DNA of 63,288 nt, counting the filler, from Sluysia triapertura (lineage: Eukaryota): the NCBI GenBank assembly GCA_046118255.1. It is 5 parts of 5 records of this genome, joined end to end, with 100 filler letters (N's around TTAATTAATTAA, not from the genome) between each part and the next. Parts side by side here need not be neighbours in the genome. Positions count along the whole stretch, not along the records: positions 1 to 14,380 come from JBJNIA010261618.1; 4 more parts are not named here. The stretch is one strand, 5' to 3'. Under the pieces are notes generated by a model. It saw nothing but the letters and a program-made list of their open reading frames with translations, was not told the DNA's origin and ran no database searches. Positions 1 to 12,935 of the stretch are shown here, piece after piece (position 1 is the stretch's first letter; each line of letters starts with the position of its first letter). Made by a program: the position numbers and the translations under genes.

Positions 1-1241
1 AAATGAATCAGTTACATCAACACATTCAAGTTTCACATAAATTTCAAACCAATGTTCATCATCTAAATTACTTATTTATATATATCTTGCCAACTAGAAT
101 TAAGTTGATTCATTTACTTTAGCATTATGACTGTTTTATTACTGAAAATTATATTGGATTTGCTTCATTAATTTTAAAATATTTATTCTCACTTAAAATA
201 GTTATTGTATCACTTAAGTCTATTTTTTCTGCTTTTTTTAAAAGATTTTTCGGATCAAGTTTTTTTTATTGCTTCCGTTTAATTAAATAAGTAATAAATT
301 ATTAAAATTAAAAAATAATGCATAATAATTTAATACAATACATTTAATTAAATTATAAAATTACCAAATTAAATTTTAATGAGATCATATAATTTAGCTA
401 ACCTATCATTCTTATTGTTAAATTTCCGTAAAAATCCTTTTTTTCTTTTGTATAACATTTACATTTTTCGCATTGCTATTCTCTTGAAATTCTTCATTGC
501 ATTGTTCATTTTAATTAGCTCTTCTAAATCATTATAATTTATTGGGTTATATTTTATTAATAATTAAATATTATTGATAGGTTTAAAATGTTATATTTAG
601 GTTTTAATTATAGGGATTAAAATTATTTTTTTGTATTGAAATTTAAATATAAATTTTTTAATATTAATGATATCACATTCAATTGACTGTTCTATGAATA
701 TTAAAAAACTATACAAAACTATTTAATCCAGTTGAAAAAAATCGATTTTAAATTTTTTTAATTCATGAAAAATAATGTAAACTAAATTATAAAATTGAAA
801 CACATTATTTAACATAGAAAAATTTTTCTACTGAAAAACTTAGTCGCATTTTTATTGTACCATCGTAAAGAGAAAAGTGATCAGGCTCTTAATATCAAAA
901 AATGGTCATATGAAAAAGATACCAATTGAATTCAGTAAATTAATTAAACTAAACAGTTATCACACAAAGATTATAAAGATAACAATAATAAAGATAAATA
1001 AAGGTAAGAATGTGCTTGACGATGAAAAATCAACTCAATTTCATTTTTAAGTAACAATTACAGTGATATATCGAACTGCTTACATGTAAAATCCTTCACA
1101 AAGAACTCTTTTTATAAGTTTTCATTTATAATTCAAGTCATTTTTCACATTCCTAATTTTACGTGTAATATCCGAAGTCAGTTGATGAAAATAAAATAAA
1201 ATTTTAATTAAATTATAAAATTTATTTAAACAAACAATATA

Positions 1242-2114
1242 TTAATAGTTCCATAACTGGTTAAAGTAATTTTTAATCTGAACAATATTCCATCGTTCAT
1301 TTATATTGATTCGAAATATTTGTTCAAATACATGAAATGTTTCTAGCCAATATTTCGGAATCTTTTTGATTCGATTTGGTAATTTTATGAAGTTTTTATT
1401 TAATATTTCCAATTCATCTAATTTAATATAATTCGATTTAGTAATATTTTCGAAAAAATTTTCAATTGGATCATTACTTTGGCATCTAAACGCGTATTTT
1501 CCGCTTAATAAATAAAATAAGCATACAGCTAAACTCCAGTTGTCTACATCATAAGTAATGGTAGAACCTTTTACAATTTCTGGTGACATAAAGGCAATAG
1601 TGCCATCATTTAATTTTAATGGATTGTTTGGATCAAATACTATTGAAATACCAAAATCGATCAATTTGATATGAAAATTATCAATATTACTTGTCGTACA
1701 CATGATATTTGATAATTTAATATCTCGATGAATAATTTTATTGGCATGAAGAAAATAAACCGCATCGATTATTTCCAGTGCAACTGTCTTAAATCTTTTT
1801 TTGCTTAACAGCGGATATGGATCGATAAATTTTTCCAAATTATCACCACTTATAAATTCTAAGAATATCATGTAACCGATATTCGGATAATTACAGTAGC
1901 CAAAATAATTAACAATTCTTTCGTGTTTACCACTTATTAAACTTAATATTTTTATCTCATTTATTAATAATTTCTGATTTTTTGTTACTTTACAAGCGAT
2001 TATGTTTTTAGTTTTAATATTTTGGGCTAATTGTAAGCTACTATGTGCGTTCTTCTTTATAATATCCACTGGTAACCAGTTTGATATAAAATCTGAATCA
2101 GAAATATATTCCAT
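1242..2114 (-). CDS. Intronless Ser/Thr protein kinase (CAMK-group-like, divergent), 290 aa
   Basis: Contains IACK (subdomain II Lys), NEI (helix C Glu), HRDIKLSN catalytic loop, DFG, GTIAFMSPE, D-x-WSL and the subdomain XI Arg. The Gly-rich loop is degenerate. Confidence 0.93.
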   Translation of the reverse strand: MEYISDSDFISNWLPVDIIKKNAHSSLQLAQNIKTKNIIACKVTKNQKLLINEIKILSLISGKHERIVNYFGYCNYPNIGYMIFLEFISGDNLEKFIDPYPLLSKKRFKTVALEIIDAVYFLHANKIIHRDIKLSNIMCTTSNIDNFHIKLIDFGISIVFDPNNPLKLNDGTIAFMSPEIVKGSTITYDVDNWSLAVCLFYLLSGKYAFRCQSNDPIENFFENITKSNYIKLDELEILNKNFIKLPNRIKKIPKYWLETFHVFEQIFRININERWNIVQIKNYFNQLWNY

Positions 2115-4049
2115 TATAATTTTAAACTAAAATAATATTTTTAAATGTACTTTAGCTGTTTACATTTCTTCTTCCTTATATTTTAATGCGGAAATATTTA
2201 TTTTGTAATACTGACATGACTGTTACACATCCTAGATTACTTTGTTACAGCTTCTCGATTCCTAAATTTATTTTAATGTCTTTAATGTGTCACACGTATT
2301 CATATTTTATTTAATTAAGATGTTATTGAATTACACAGCGTTACAATTATGTAACATTGTGGATATATGGGCATTTCGTAGTAGACGCATTTTAGTTATA
2401 GAAATTATTAAATATTAGCTAAATCAAACTTTCATTATTATTTTATGCGCCAATTTAATATTAAATACAAATGGATTAAAATGTAGTAATTTTTGGAATT
2501 GCTCTTAATTAAAGATCTTCCTAAGTAATTTATGTTATGACAATCAAAAAGTATAGCACTTCATAATGATTCAATTGTAATATTTTCTCTATTGAAATAT
2601 TATATTGCTTACAAAACCTATCCGTTTTATTTCTATTATTTCTCAATTTTTCTAATTTTGCTAACTTTACTTTATCGTTACTTTACTTAAGTATAAACAT
2701 AAGTTTAATTAAGCTGACAAAATGAATGTACGGTCGTATGCATAAATGATGACTCATTCGTTTTTTAAATAAGATTGTATTATCCATAAAATATTGCTAT
2801 GATGTTTAATCCATTTTAAAAATTTATAAATTAATTAATGCTTGAATTATTATTTTTAACAAACTACTTTTTATTTATTTATTTTTAAAAAACGACTAAA
2901 TAAACCTTGACTCATTTTATTTAAATTAAAAATATATTTTATTATTGCTACTGAGAAATTTATTTAAATACATTAAATCTACAATGTGGAAAATATTCCA
3001 AATTTAAGTTATAAAGTTAAATTAAAATTACTTTTATAATTGTTATTATATTGAGATGGCTAAATAAATTTTAGAGTCTGTAAGATTAGCAATTATTCTA
3101 TTTTACGGAATAGACGAAAATAAAATATTTTGAAAATAAAAATCAATTTGCAAGAATAGCTATTAAGTTATCAATAATTAGTTGTATGTAATGATAAAGA
3201 GTAATTTTGACATGTTGTTGATGATGCACACTTTTTTCCTCATCATTCATTAAAAACAAAAATTGACCGCTACGACCAATAAGAATAAGTTATTCAGTAA
3301 TTAGAAAGTTGGTGAAATTTGGTCTGTTTTTATACTTTCAGACAAAAGTAAAATATTATATTGAATCTTAAATCTATAAAAATTTAAGTCAATATAAATA
3401 ATTGTTTTAAATGATTGAGTTAGATGTAGTTATCCGTCATTCATTTGTATAAGAAAATAATTCATTTAAAAATTATTTCAATTTATTAATCATCATAATA
3501 AAATATTACAACATAAATGATGCAATAGAAATAATATTGTCCAAACATTATAAAATAATAAGCATAGCTGTTGTTACAATTACATAAAGTAATTGATTTT
3601 TTTTTCAGTTTCTTTAATTTTTGAAAAAAGTAGTTTATTATCAGCCTGTCTAGCTAGAAATTCCGATACGTTTATATTGTAAAAATAACTTTGATGATTT
3701 ATTTAAGGGTCTAGTATTTTTAATCTTAATTTACAATACTGCTTTTCGTGTGACAACTTTATATTTTTGAAAATTTTTAAACTTAATAACTTTAATTAAA
3801 CTTTATCGTTAGTGCTTTTGAATCGCTCCCTATTCGATAGAGATGGAAGTTCAATTAATTAAATAGCAGCCCAGTTTTTCCCCTTTCTTAATTTATACCT
3901 AATACAAAAATAAGAGTTAATTATATTATTGCAAATAAAATAAATGCATTAATACATAATGTCAGATTTAAAAATTTCTATATAGAATTACAATTTCTGG
4001 TGACAGCTTTCCTGATATCTTAATGAGTCCTAATAGCTACGAAGCTCTA

Positions 4050-4360
4050 ATAATTACAACTGAATTTGAATTGTTGTTATTTACAGTTTTTTTGTAAATT
4101 ATGGCTAATAATTATTCAATCTCCACATATAGCGTCTCCATTATAATCAAACTTTTTTTAATTCAACATTCTACTACCTAACCAATTTTAATTTTATATT
4201 AGATCTTAGAATATGGTTATACAACTAATTTTATCTATATGCTTTTATGCTTTTTCTCTACATTATAATTCTAACTATGCACATTATTCAATTATATCTT
4301 CCTTGACAATTCGTATATTTGTGCTATTAGTGTTTATTTTTTTAGCGGGCTTTTCACGGT
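4050..4360 (-). mobile_element. Possible highly decayed non-LTR retrotransposon endonuclease remnant
   Basis: Minus strand reads ICGD(x)N near 4115-4130, resembling the APE GDFN motif, and an NTNSTNIR-like segment near 4310-4340. Many stops; boundaries approximate. Confidence 0.3.
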
Positions 4361-6103
4361 TTTGAGTTAGTGTTAGTTTTCTAATTTTTGATTTTATCTT
4401 GTTTAAAGGGGTTTCTGAATGTTCTGGACATTTAATTCATTCTAATGTTCTTGGATCTTTGATATTGTAAAGTGCAATTTAATTTTCGTTATTTTCCCTT
4501 ATATTTTATAATTTTTAAAATCGTTGTTAAGAAATGTTTAATATTTAAAATTGGGTTAAATTCGATAATGAGGATAATATTTTATCTTTCATCCGAATAA
4601 GTTTATTTTGATTTATGGCAATAAAAATTATACTTGTTGAATAAAACTTATGAATAAATTTTATGTAATAAAATTTTAACCACTCAATTAAATGTTTTAT
4701 TTTAAAGCAGTGAGTCCGCCTATGATTCTAGACTAGCCAGTAGGATTTAGACAAGTGCAACTTGAAACGTAATAATGGAGGCCTAATGAAAATGATGTGT
4801 CTCTTATTTTCTTCAACTTGTTTTTTTGAGAATGCAATGAAATTAATTAAATAGTCATAATTTTTAAAAACTTAAAAATAGATTGATTTTCCACTTCTAA
4901 GGCGAAATTAAATTTCAATATTTTAAATTCGATCCCAATTAAAAAGGATCTACCGAATCGTAGAATCAATTTTTATATAAAAGCCATCAATTTTAGGAGT
5001 TTGTGACTTTATCTAAAAAAGATAATGTTATGTTGTATAATTCGCTTAATGTATCTCTATCGTTTGTAAAATTTATTATTTCAAATTTCTCGATAACGTC
5101 AATTTTTGATAAGTTTCTCTATTATATCTATATATACAAAACACAATTTGGAATCTTACATTTTACTTTAAAAGTAAATAAATAATGATCAGATACATCT
5201 AAAAGTTCATTCAATTTACATCAATAACTATACTACTATCAATATTGCTTATCAATAGATCTAATATATTTCCAAATTTATCAGTTTTAAATTTTATGAC
5301 GTTCATTAAATTGAATATATTTATTAAATTCGACAAATTTTTACTTGTTTTACATTCTTTAATCATTTTTATTCCAAAATAATATCCAAATAATCATTAA
5401 ATTAATGCAAAAATTCTTTAATTGCATTACTGATAGTATGTATATATCAATTAATAATACTGATTTATTCGTATTACTAATGCTTGATTCTAAATGTTCA
5501 AATGATTGATATTTAACTGAAACAATGCCAACTAATTTAACACTTATTCAATTATTAATTACACTGAAACATGTTTTTATGCGATTTTTTTGTGCGATCT
5601 CATAATTTAATTATTGAACTGACAATAATTTCAATGTCAGCGAATAAAATGTGCTATACAATATTGTGATTGAATTTTTGGGTAGTAATGCAAAATTGCA
5701 TTGATTGCAAATAAACATTAAAGGATATCTGCATCGTGTTAGTTGGGGTTTTCCTGAAAAGGATTTCGTGTCTCGTTATGTCGCCCAGTTGGTTGTTTGC
5801 TAATGAGCTAGTTGGCGACTAGTCTTATCTTTTATTTTTAACGAGTTTACTTGAAGGGAGCAAAGAGTTGTTTTTTTCATTCATCTCTGATCTGCACAAG
5901 TAACAAGTTTAGTAAATAACGTGATTTAATAAAAAAACGTTTGTTTTAATTTAAACTACTATTAATTGATGTTTTCATATTCCTGGAGCATTAAGATAAG
6001 AATCATTTCGAAGCGTAAATTTAAGGTAAATTTATTATTTTATCTATTTAGATATGTATAATTTTTTGGATTTTTATTTTATGTTTAGACAAAATCCCTG
6101 AAA

Positions 6104-6500
6104 ATGAATAAGGGCAAAACCAAAGCCAAGAGGAAGGTTATTTCATTAGAAACTAAGACAACAATTTTAAAGGTGAAGGATCCATAGCTCTTGGTAAAGA
6201 ATTTGGATTAGACGAATCCATTAGATGTTGATGATGGACAGGAAGAACCCGATCATATGACAGCAGATAACGTTTGTAAAGGACTCCAACTTTGTCATGA
6301 ATTGGATTGTCATTTTCTTGAAATCGATTCAAATTCTGAAAGAACTTCAATCTTGTATATCTGGCTACAGAGACATATACAAGCATCTAGTCAAACAACA
6401 TTCATCGCAAAAACTCATCACCGACTACATGGTTACTCAAAAAATGTCAACTGAAACCTAGTGCGATGAAGTATCTTCAAGTGACGAAAATGACTTTGAA
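6104..6500 (+). mobile_element. Internally deleted Tigger/pogo transposase pseudogene
   Basis: N-terminal CENP-B/psq HTH-like KRKVISLETKTTILK/GEGSIALGKEFGLDESIR (frameshifted) is joined directly to a Tigger-type C-terminus TADNVCKGLQLCHELDCHFLEIDSNSERT. No DDE core. Confidence 0.75.
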
Positions 6501-7050
6501 CCAGTTTAGCGCAAGAAAGCTCGCGTATTGTCAGACTACGAAGGATAGTTGTTATATATTTAGAAAAGTTTTGTATGTCTAAAATAAATGAATATGTAAA
6601 TAAAATATTTAAGAATGTTCGCATGTGTTTTTTCTAAATCAGGCTCCAAAATGTTTTGCGAGATTCGAAGTAGCTGCCAAGCCTCTGTCTTGATTTCGTT
6701 TAAAAAAGCAATTGATAGTTGAGGTTATGAGTTATTTTCTAAGTGAGATTTTTCATTATTATTATAATAGAAAGGCTTAAAAACTTGTATTTAGTTTAAA
6801 TGTAGTTTTCCTAACAACACTTAAATTTATTATATCATGTTATTATTTAACGCTAAACGTACCAAGGTTTGATGTATACCTATTCATACCATCACTGGTC
6901 ATCAGATTTATTATAAAATGGTAAAAATAATACAATTTCATAGTATTTTTTAAAGTAAAAACTAAAAACTGTCACTTCAATTTTTTATTTGTTTTTGTTG
7001 ATAAAACTAAACAATAATATATAATTTATTGAACATATTTTAATTTTTAG

Positions 7051-7635
7051 TCATTTAACTATCACTCAGTACCTCAAAGTGACTGCCCTATTGGAACCAT
7101 TGAAATAAATGATACAAATTGTTATTCCAATTCGTTACCATTGTTGTTATTAGAGCCAGTTAGAAATGATTTAGATTCTTTACCATCACTTGTTAATACA
7201 AATACTCATTCGAATTCGATTCAACAAAAATCATCAATAAATATAGCAACAGTTTTATTTAGACAGCCAACTTCAAGTAATAGCACCCATTTCATACTTG
7301 GATCTCTTATAACCTTTGTTAATTTCAACAAATCAAATGAAAATGATGCAATTCCAAATCATTCTTATACTTCAGATTTATTGAAATTACCCCTAACTCC
7401 TTCGGCACATTATGTATCTACATTGAATAACTTAGGTCATCCACGTCTGCAGAACCGTAGCCAATCACCGAATAATTCACTTCGTACATCATATAATGGG
7501 GCATCAATTATTGATAGAGATTTTGAGACATCTGTATCCCCATCAGCATATGTAGAAGATATGACGGAAATGGCAGGTGGTGATCAGTTAACAGAGCAGC
7601 AGCGTCAAGTACTTGAAGATGTAACCACTGTTTGA
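7051..7635 (+). CDS. Probable terminal coding exon of an unidentified gene; Ser/Thr/Asn-rich tail ending EDVTTV
   Basis: Acceptor tttttag ends at 7050 and the frame stays open for 194 codons to TGA, which is long for this base composition. Upstream exons not identified. Confidence 0.65.
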   Translation, partial: SFNYHSVPQSDCPIGTIEINDTNCYSNSLPLLLLEPVRNDLDSLPSLVNTNTHSNSIQQKSSINIATVLFRQPTSSNSTHFILGSLITFVNFNKSNENDAIPNHSYTSDLLKLPLTPSAHYVSTLNNLGHPRLQNRSQSPNNSLRTSYNGASIIDRDFETSVSPSAYVEDMTEMAGGDQLTEQQRQVLEDVTTV

Positions 7636-8532
7636 TTTGTGATGATTTTATAAATTTTTATTTGAAATATAGTTATTTAGGTAATAGGTATAAAATATAC
7701 GTTTCATTTAATTTTTTAACATTGAAAGTAAATTTTTGTATCGTGTAACTAAAGAACTTCTATAAATAGTGTTTATTAAAAGAGTTCATTCAAATTTTTA
7801 TTTGTCACTATTTTTAGAAATATTTCATTTCATCATCTTCATTAATAGTCTCCATTAAAGGTTCTTATACCGTATTACCTGTTATAGGACGTATGAAATT
7901 GTACATTTCTTAAAAGTACTTATTTATTTATTTGATTTTTCTAATATTTCTACAATCCATGAGCATTAAATCAAAGAGTTTTGCTTTCGTCGTGAGGCAT
8001 CCTTCATTGGTTTTTGATACTGACATCTAAAATCTGAATAATTTGTCATTCTTCAGAAATAACTCTGAAATATGTCTTTTCCTAACCTGGAATCGTTTTA
8101 ATATTTTCTTTTTTGACAGAATACATAAGGTACCCAATACTTTATTTTATCATCAAACTAATATTTGGATGTTATTCAGCAATCATATCATCCGGATAAG
8201 TAATTAAAATAATATAAATGAAAAAAATAATGCGCATACTACATGGCAGCCTAATTTGTTCCAGGATTTCAGAAATTAATAGAAGATGTGTATTATAGGT
8301 AACCATTGAGGTATATACGCTAAATAATTCATATATAAGATTAATAATAATTTTGTGAATACTTTAAATTAGCGGTTGTAGTGCACATAGAGTGACCAAA
8401 TCAAGTAGAGAGTAATTTAAAATTAGAGTAATATTAGAGATTATTTGAATAAATTTAATTGAATAATCAACACTATCAACCATTATGTTAAAAAGCAGTT
8501 ATCACAACTTGCTCATGACAATTATGAATAAT

Positions 8533-8647
8533 TGTAGGGAAATCACGTAAAATTCATCACACTTCATCACATAAAAACATTTCACATATGCATAGATCAT
8601 TAAACAAACTACTAAACTCATTCAAAAACAAACATAATCATTGTACA
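8533..8647 (+). repeat. 5' LTR (115 bp)
   Basis: TGTAGGGAAATCAC...CATTGTACA; about 10 substitutions and 1 indel versus the 3' LTR, counted by eye. Confidence 0.95.
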
Positions 8648-10007
8648 TATTTTACCAGCTCCATTCTTTGATCCATGCTTGAATCAACCACCATGTAATG
8701 ATTTCATAAATAATTTTGGTGTTCAATTTGCTAATTTATCACTAAGTGGACATCAGGCACCATTTGTGTCATTAGTTCCTGCATCAAGTCCTTCGACGTT
8801 TACTGCAGCGCCTCCCAATTTTTTTACCTCCATTTATGAATGCTACAGGCCCAGCAACAATAATGAACCTAACTTCTGGTTCAATAGACCAACATCTTCT
8901 TTTAGCCCAACAAAATCGTCAAAATTTATTACATCAGCCAGTTAGAACTTATACTCCAGCTACAGGGCTGCCTTAAGGTCCGCATATTATACCAAATCAA
9001 ACTCCAGTTTCCTCCACTGGCCAACCTCAACCTCAGTTTATTTTATCACCATTTATTGCACCATTACCAACTAATTTTCCATCAACTCATTATTACCGCA
9101 ATTGGCTCCACGTATAGCGCCATCACATTTTGCATATCAACAATCACCAAACACGTTTACTACGCAAGTTTCTACACGACTTCTAAATCAAGCAGTGCAA
9201 CATTATCAGCGTGGTGATAATGTTACCTAACCAGATCTTGAATTAGAATATAATTAATTACCATTATCAGAAGAAACTAAAATAACCGATGATTCTACAG
9301 GACAATATACAAGAAACAAAAAAGATAATGTAGGAGATTATAATAAAGACATGAATTTAGATAATAATCAAGAAATACCTACACCTGTTTATTCTGTTGA
9401 AACATTACAGTCCAAATGTGAACCAATTATTCCTTGAATACTTTAAAAACCAATCACTTGGTTCACTAAAACCACCTGAACCGCTAAAGTGCGTAACTGA
9501 GGAAGATCAGTACGTGCTGAAATAACTATTTTAAAAGCCTTACCATCTCAGGTACAAGCAGTTCTAGCCGGTAGCCTGGAAGAAAATATAGAAAATTGAC
9601 AAACCTCGCGGATAGGATATCGTAACCTATCCCAAGCCTACATTCGAGAGGGTCAATAAACCGATCTCGGTGACAGAATCAAATAGTTCATCAAACGTCT
9701 CGACTCTATCACAACACAGATCGAATCCCTCGAATACCACCACCAACAACAACAACAATTCATACAACAACAGAAGGAGAAATAACAGATCATCATCACC
9801 AAGACCATCAAGATCTTTTAACGGAATCTGCTATTATCATCAGCGGTTCCAAAATAAATCCAAATGCTGTTTGTTAGGTTGCAAATTCCCTAACAAACAA
9901 ATAACAATACAAATCAAAGATCTATGCATATATCATACATACTATAAAAATTTGGCCCGCGAGTGCATGGAGGGTAGTGTACACTTTGCTACTTTCAAAA
10001 CGCCAAT

Positions 10008-10014
10008 AAAAAAC
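10008..10014 (+). promoter_or_regulatory. -1 ribosomal frameshift slippery site between gag and pol
   Basis: A AAA AAC lies immediately before the gag stop (10015-10017), and the protease ORF is in the -1 frame. Confidence 0.8.
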
Positions 10015-11486
10015 TGAAAGTGCCATTGATTATAACGACTAAACCGATCAAAATGGCATCCAATTCCATATTTACCATGCCGCTTACATTTGAAAATTTC
10101 ACACACCGACGACTCGAATTTCTTATCGACACGGGCGCAGCGGTATCAGTAATCCCTAACACGCTATATAGGAAATTAAATCAACTACAGCGAACAGGTC
10201 ATCATTCAATTTCGATATATAACGTATCACTGGATAGGAAACTTGGTCTCTGATGCCTTATCACGAGTTGGCATCAGTAGCATCGAATTTCCGTCGAGGT
10301 TTTCAATCGGGGACCTTAAAGGTGATCCTCCTTCAACAGAAGATCTATGGAAGTTTTCTGCTACACCAACGTTACGAGAAGGAGTATATTTTGATCACAA
10401 ATTGTCCGGAATTTCACGACCAGTTCTTGGTCAAAACCTGAGACTTAAAACGTTTGAATTTATTCACAATACAACGCACTCAGGAGCCAAATCTACGTAC
10501 GAAGTTTTAAAATCAAAGGAGATTTGGCCTTTCATGAGAAAAGATATCAGAAATTGGACCAAATCATTCCTAACTTGCCAGGCAGTGAAAATACACAAAC
10601 ATACCAAACCAGAAATCCTCCATTTTCCAACCGGACATCGTCGGTCCTCTTCCAAATTCCAAAGGATATACCTACATCTTAACAATCATAGACCGACATA
10701 GTCGTTGGTCGGAAGTGTTTCCTATGCGCTCTATATCTACTTAACAATAACTAATATTCTGTAACGCATTGGATCGCAAGGTTTTGGTGTACCTAAGAGG
10801 ATAATTACTGATCAAGGCAAGCAATTCGAATCTGAGCTTTTCAACAGTTTATTAAAACACCTAGGAAGTTCTAGATTACGAACAACAGCCTATCATTCGC
10901 AATCAAATGGAATGATAGAGCGTTTTCACTGCTGGCACTATCAATCAAGCACAATTGGTCGGATGCACTGCCCTTTATATTACTTGGTTAGAGGAATATT
11001 CCACACTCATCTACCGGATATTCTCCAGCTCAAATCGTGTTTGGTACAAATACAAGATTACCACACGAACTATTCGAAACCTCCCTGCCAAAAGAATACG
11101 TTTTCTCTGAGCATTTAAGAAAATATTTCAGCGAATTAAACAAATCACCAGTACATAATAATTAACCGCAAAGTATCACCGATAGTGAATATGTCTGGTT
11201 GATCGTAGAAAATTCTCGTTCGTTGCAGCCAAGATATACCGGCCCGTATAAAGTAACAAATATAAATAAGGAAAATCAATCGCTGGACAACATCGAACTG
11301 CAAAATCAAGCCAACGATAATTTTAATTAACAACAAAGAAAATGACCCGAAAAAGCAATCAGTCACTTTTGATACCGGAGGTACTGTACAATTATTCAAT
11401 AATATAGAGCCTGTGAGAACAGTTGAAAACGTTAAAAAGGTCTCTTTTACTACACCTTTACGCTCCGCGTCTCAAAAGGTGGCTTA

Positions 11487-11602
11487 TGTCGGGAAATCAC
11501 ATACAATTCATCACACTTCAACACATAAAAACATTTCATATATACATACATCATTAAACAATCTACCAAATTCATTCAAAAAACAAACATAATCATTGTA
11601 CA
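11487..11602 (+). repeat. 3' LTR (116 bp)
   Basis: TGTCGGGAAATCAC...CATTGTACA, preceded by the purine-rich AAAAGGTGG (degenerate PPT). Confidence 0.95.
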
Positions 11603-11878
11603 TAATATCATGAACCACAGCTATTGTTAATATAATTCAAGTCGTATTAAACTATATATAATAATTATAGTCATTATTGTTATATAATATGATTATCAAA
11701 TAATAACTTTCATAATAAATTTCATACTAACATCAATATCATTATCTTAAAATACATAATAATTTCGTTGTTGTCATTATTATTTCTTTTATCCTTATTT
11801 TCAATCTCTTTTTATTCTTTTGTTTCTCCCCAATATTTTCCCCATTACTACACACAATATATTTGATCTTGATTCATA

Positions 11879-12085
11879 CTATTCGTACCAAAATTTAGTG
11901 GGAAAACTCTAGCAGAAATTCACAATGAAGGTTATCGTGAATCTACCGAATATTTATAACGGAACAATCTTTCAAATTTAAATTTAGCTGATTCGCGAAG
12001 AGCATTAAATTTAGATGGTGGCGATTTTGCTTATGTTGTCATTAAACGTAAAACGAATATATTAAAAAAACAACGTGAAAAATAA
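11879..12085 (+). pseudogene. Possible patatin-like phospholipase (PNPLA2-like) fragment with internal stop
   Basis: LFVPKFSGKTLAEIHNEGYRESTEYL*RNNL resembles the PNPLA segment LFPP..L.E....GY.D...FL.RN.L. Short match only. Confidence 0.35.
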
Positions 12086-12935
12086 GTACTTAGTTTAACA
12101 GTATTACTGTCACGAATAGGTGGTTTTGTTCATTACTAATCGGTTTAACTATAACAGCTATAGTAGAATTTATCATATTTATATATCTATTAATAAAAAA
12201 GAAATTTGGTAGTACAGCATATCACAACTTCAACTATAACTCAACTTCATTCATAATCAAAACGAATTCTTAAATATAATATTAAAAATTCCAGTGCAAG
12301 CAACTTTGATTAAAATCTGAGATAAAAACCAAAGAAGTCTAATTCGAAAACCTACGACTTAGAAATATCATTGCAATCAGAGGAACTTATGCATAAACCC
12401 AATAATTCATAAATATAATTCATAGAATTCGTTTTTGTTTTTAAATAAAATTTTCATTTGAAGAATAAATGTTTGAAAACTAATAAAAGATTTCTGTGTA
12501 AATCGATTTTACAAAAATCGGTATCAATATCAATCACATCTATAATTAGAATAGTCGTAGTTGTGATTATGATTGTATAATTAACAACAGTTGTATTCGT
12601 TTGTATGTTATTCAAACAATATTGCGAAATGAATTTTTTGTTTTCAAATATGCTGCTGATATTTTTAAGTAGATAATAAAATTTAAATTTATGCAATTTA
12701 TTGAAAATATTACAAATCAATTTTTATTTTGCAATTAATTGTATGGCAAAGCTTCTATTTTTATGTTGACTTTCTACTTAACTACGCAATCTAGTAACTA
12801 TTAGTCATTGTAATTTACCACTTTTATTTAATATATGAATTTATCTACAAAAAAATTATTTAAAAAATAATAAAAATTTGGTTAAAAAAATCAGTATTTT
12901 ATATGTAATCATGGCAAAAACTCTTACAACCAAAA

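Larger units (their letters stand above)
8533..11602 (+). mobile_element. Non-autonomous Ty3/Gypsy LTR retrotransposon, CsRn1-like clade, RT deleted
   Basis: TG..CA LTRs at 8533-8647 and 11487-11602 with a TAAT duplication on both flanks. Internal motifs: gag LPSQVQAVLAG..LADRI, CHCC knuckle, protease FLIDTGAAVS, RNase H end SDALSR, integrase Zn finger H..THSG and core IITDQGKQFES / TTAYHSQSNGMIERFH. Many stops and frameshifts. Confidence 0.95.

Noticed and set aside
4705-4790. Twister-like ribozyme from TCCGCCTATG...GGAGG
   Set aside because: The conserved GGTCCCAAGCCC core is absent.
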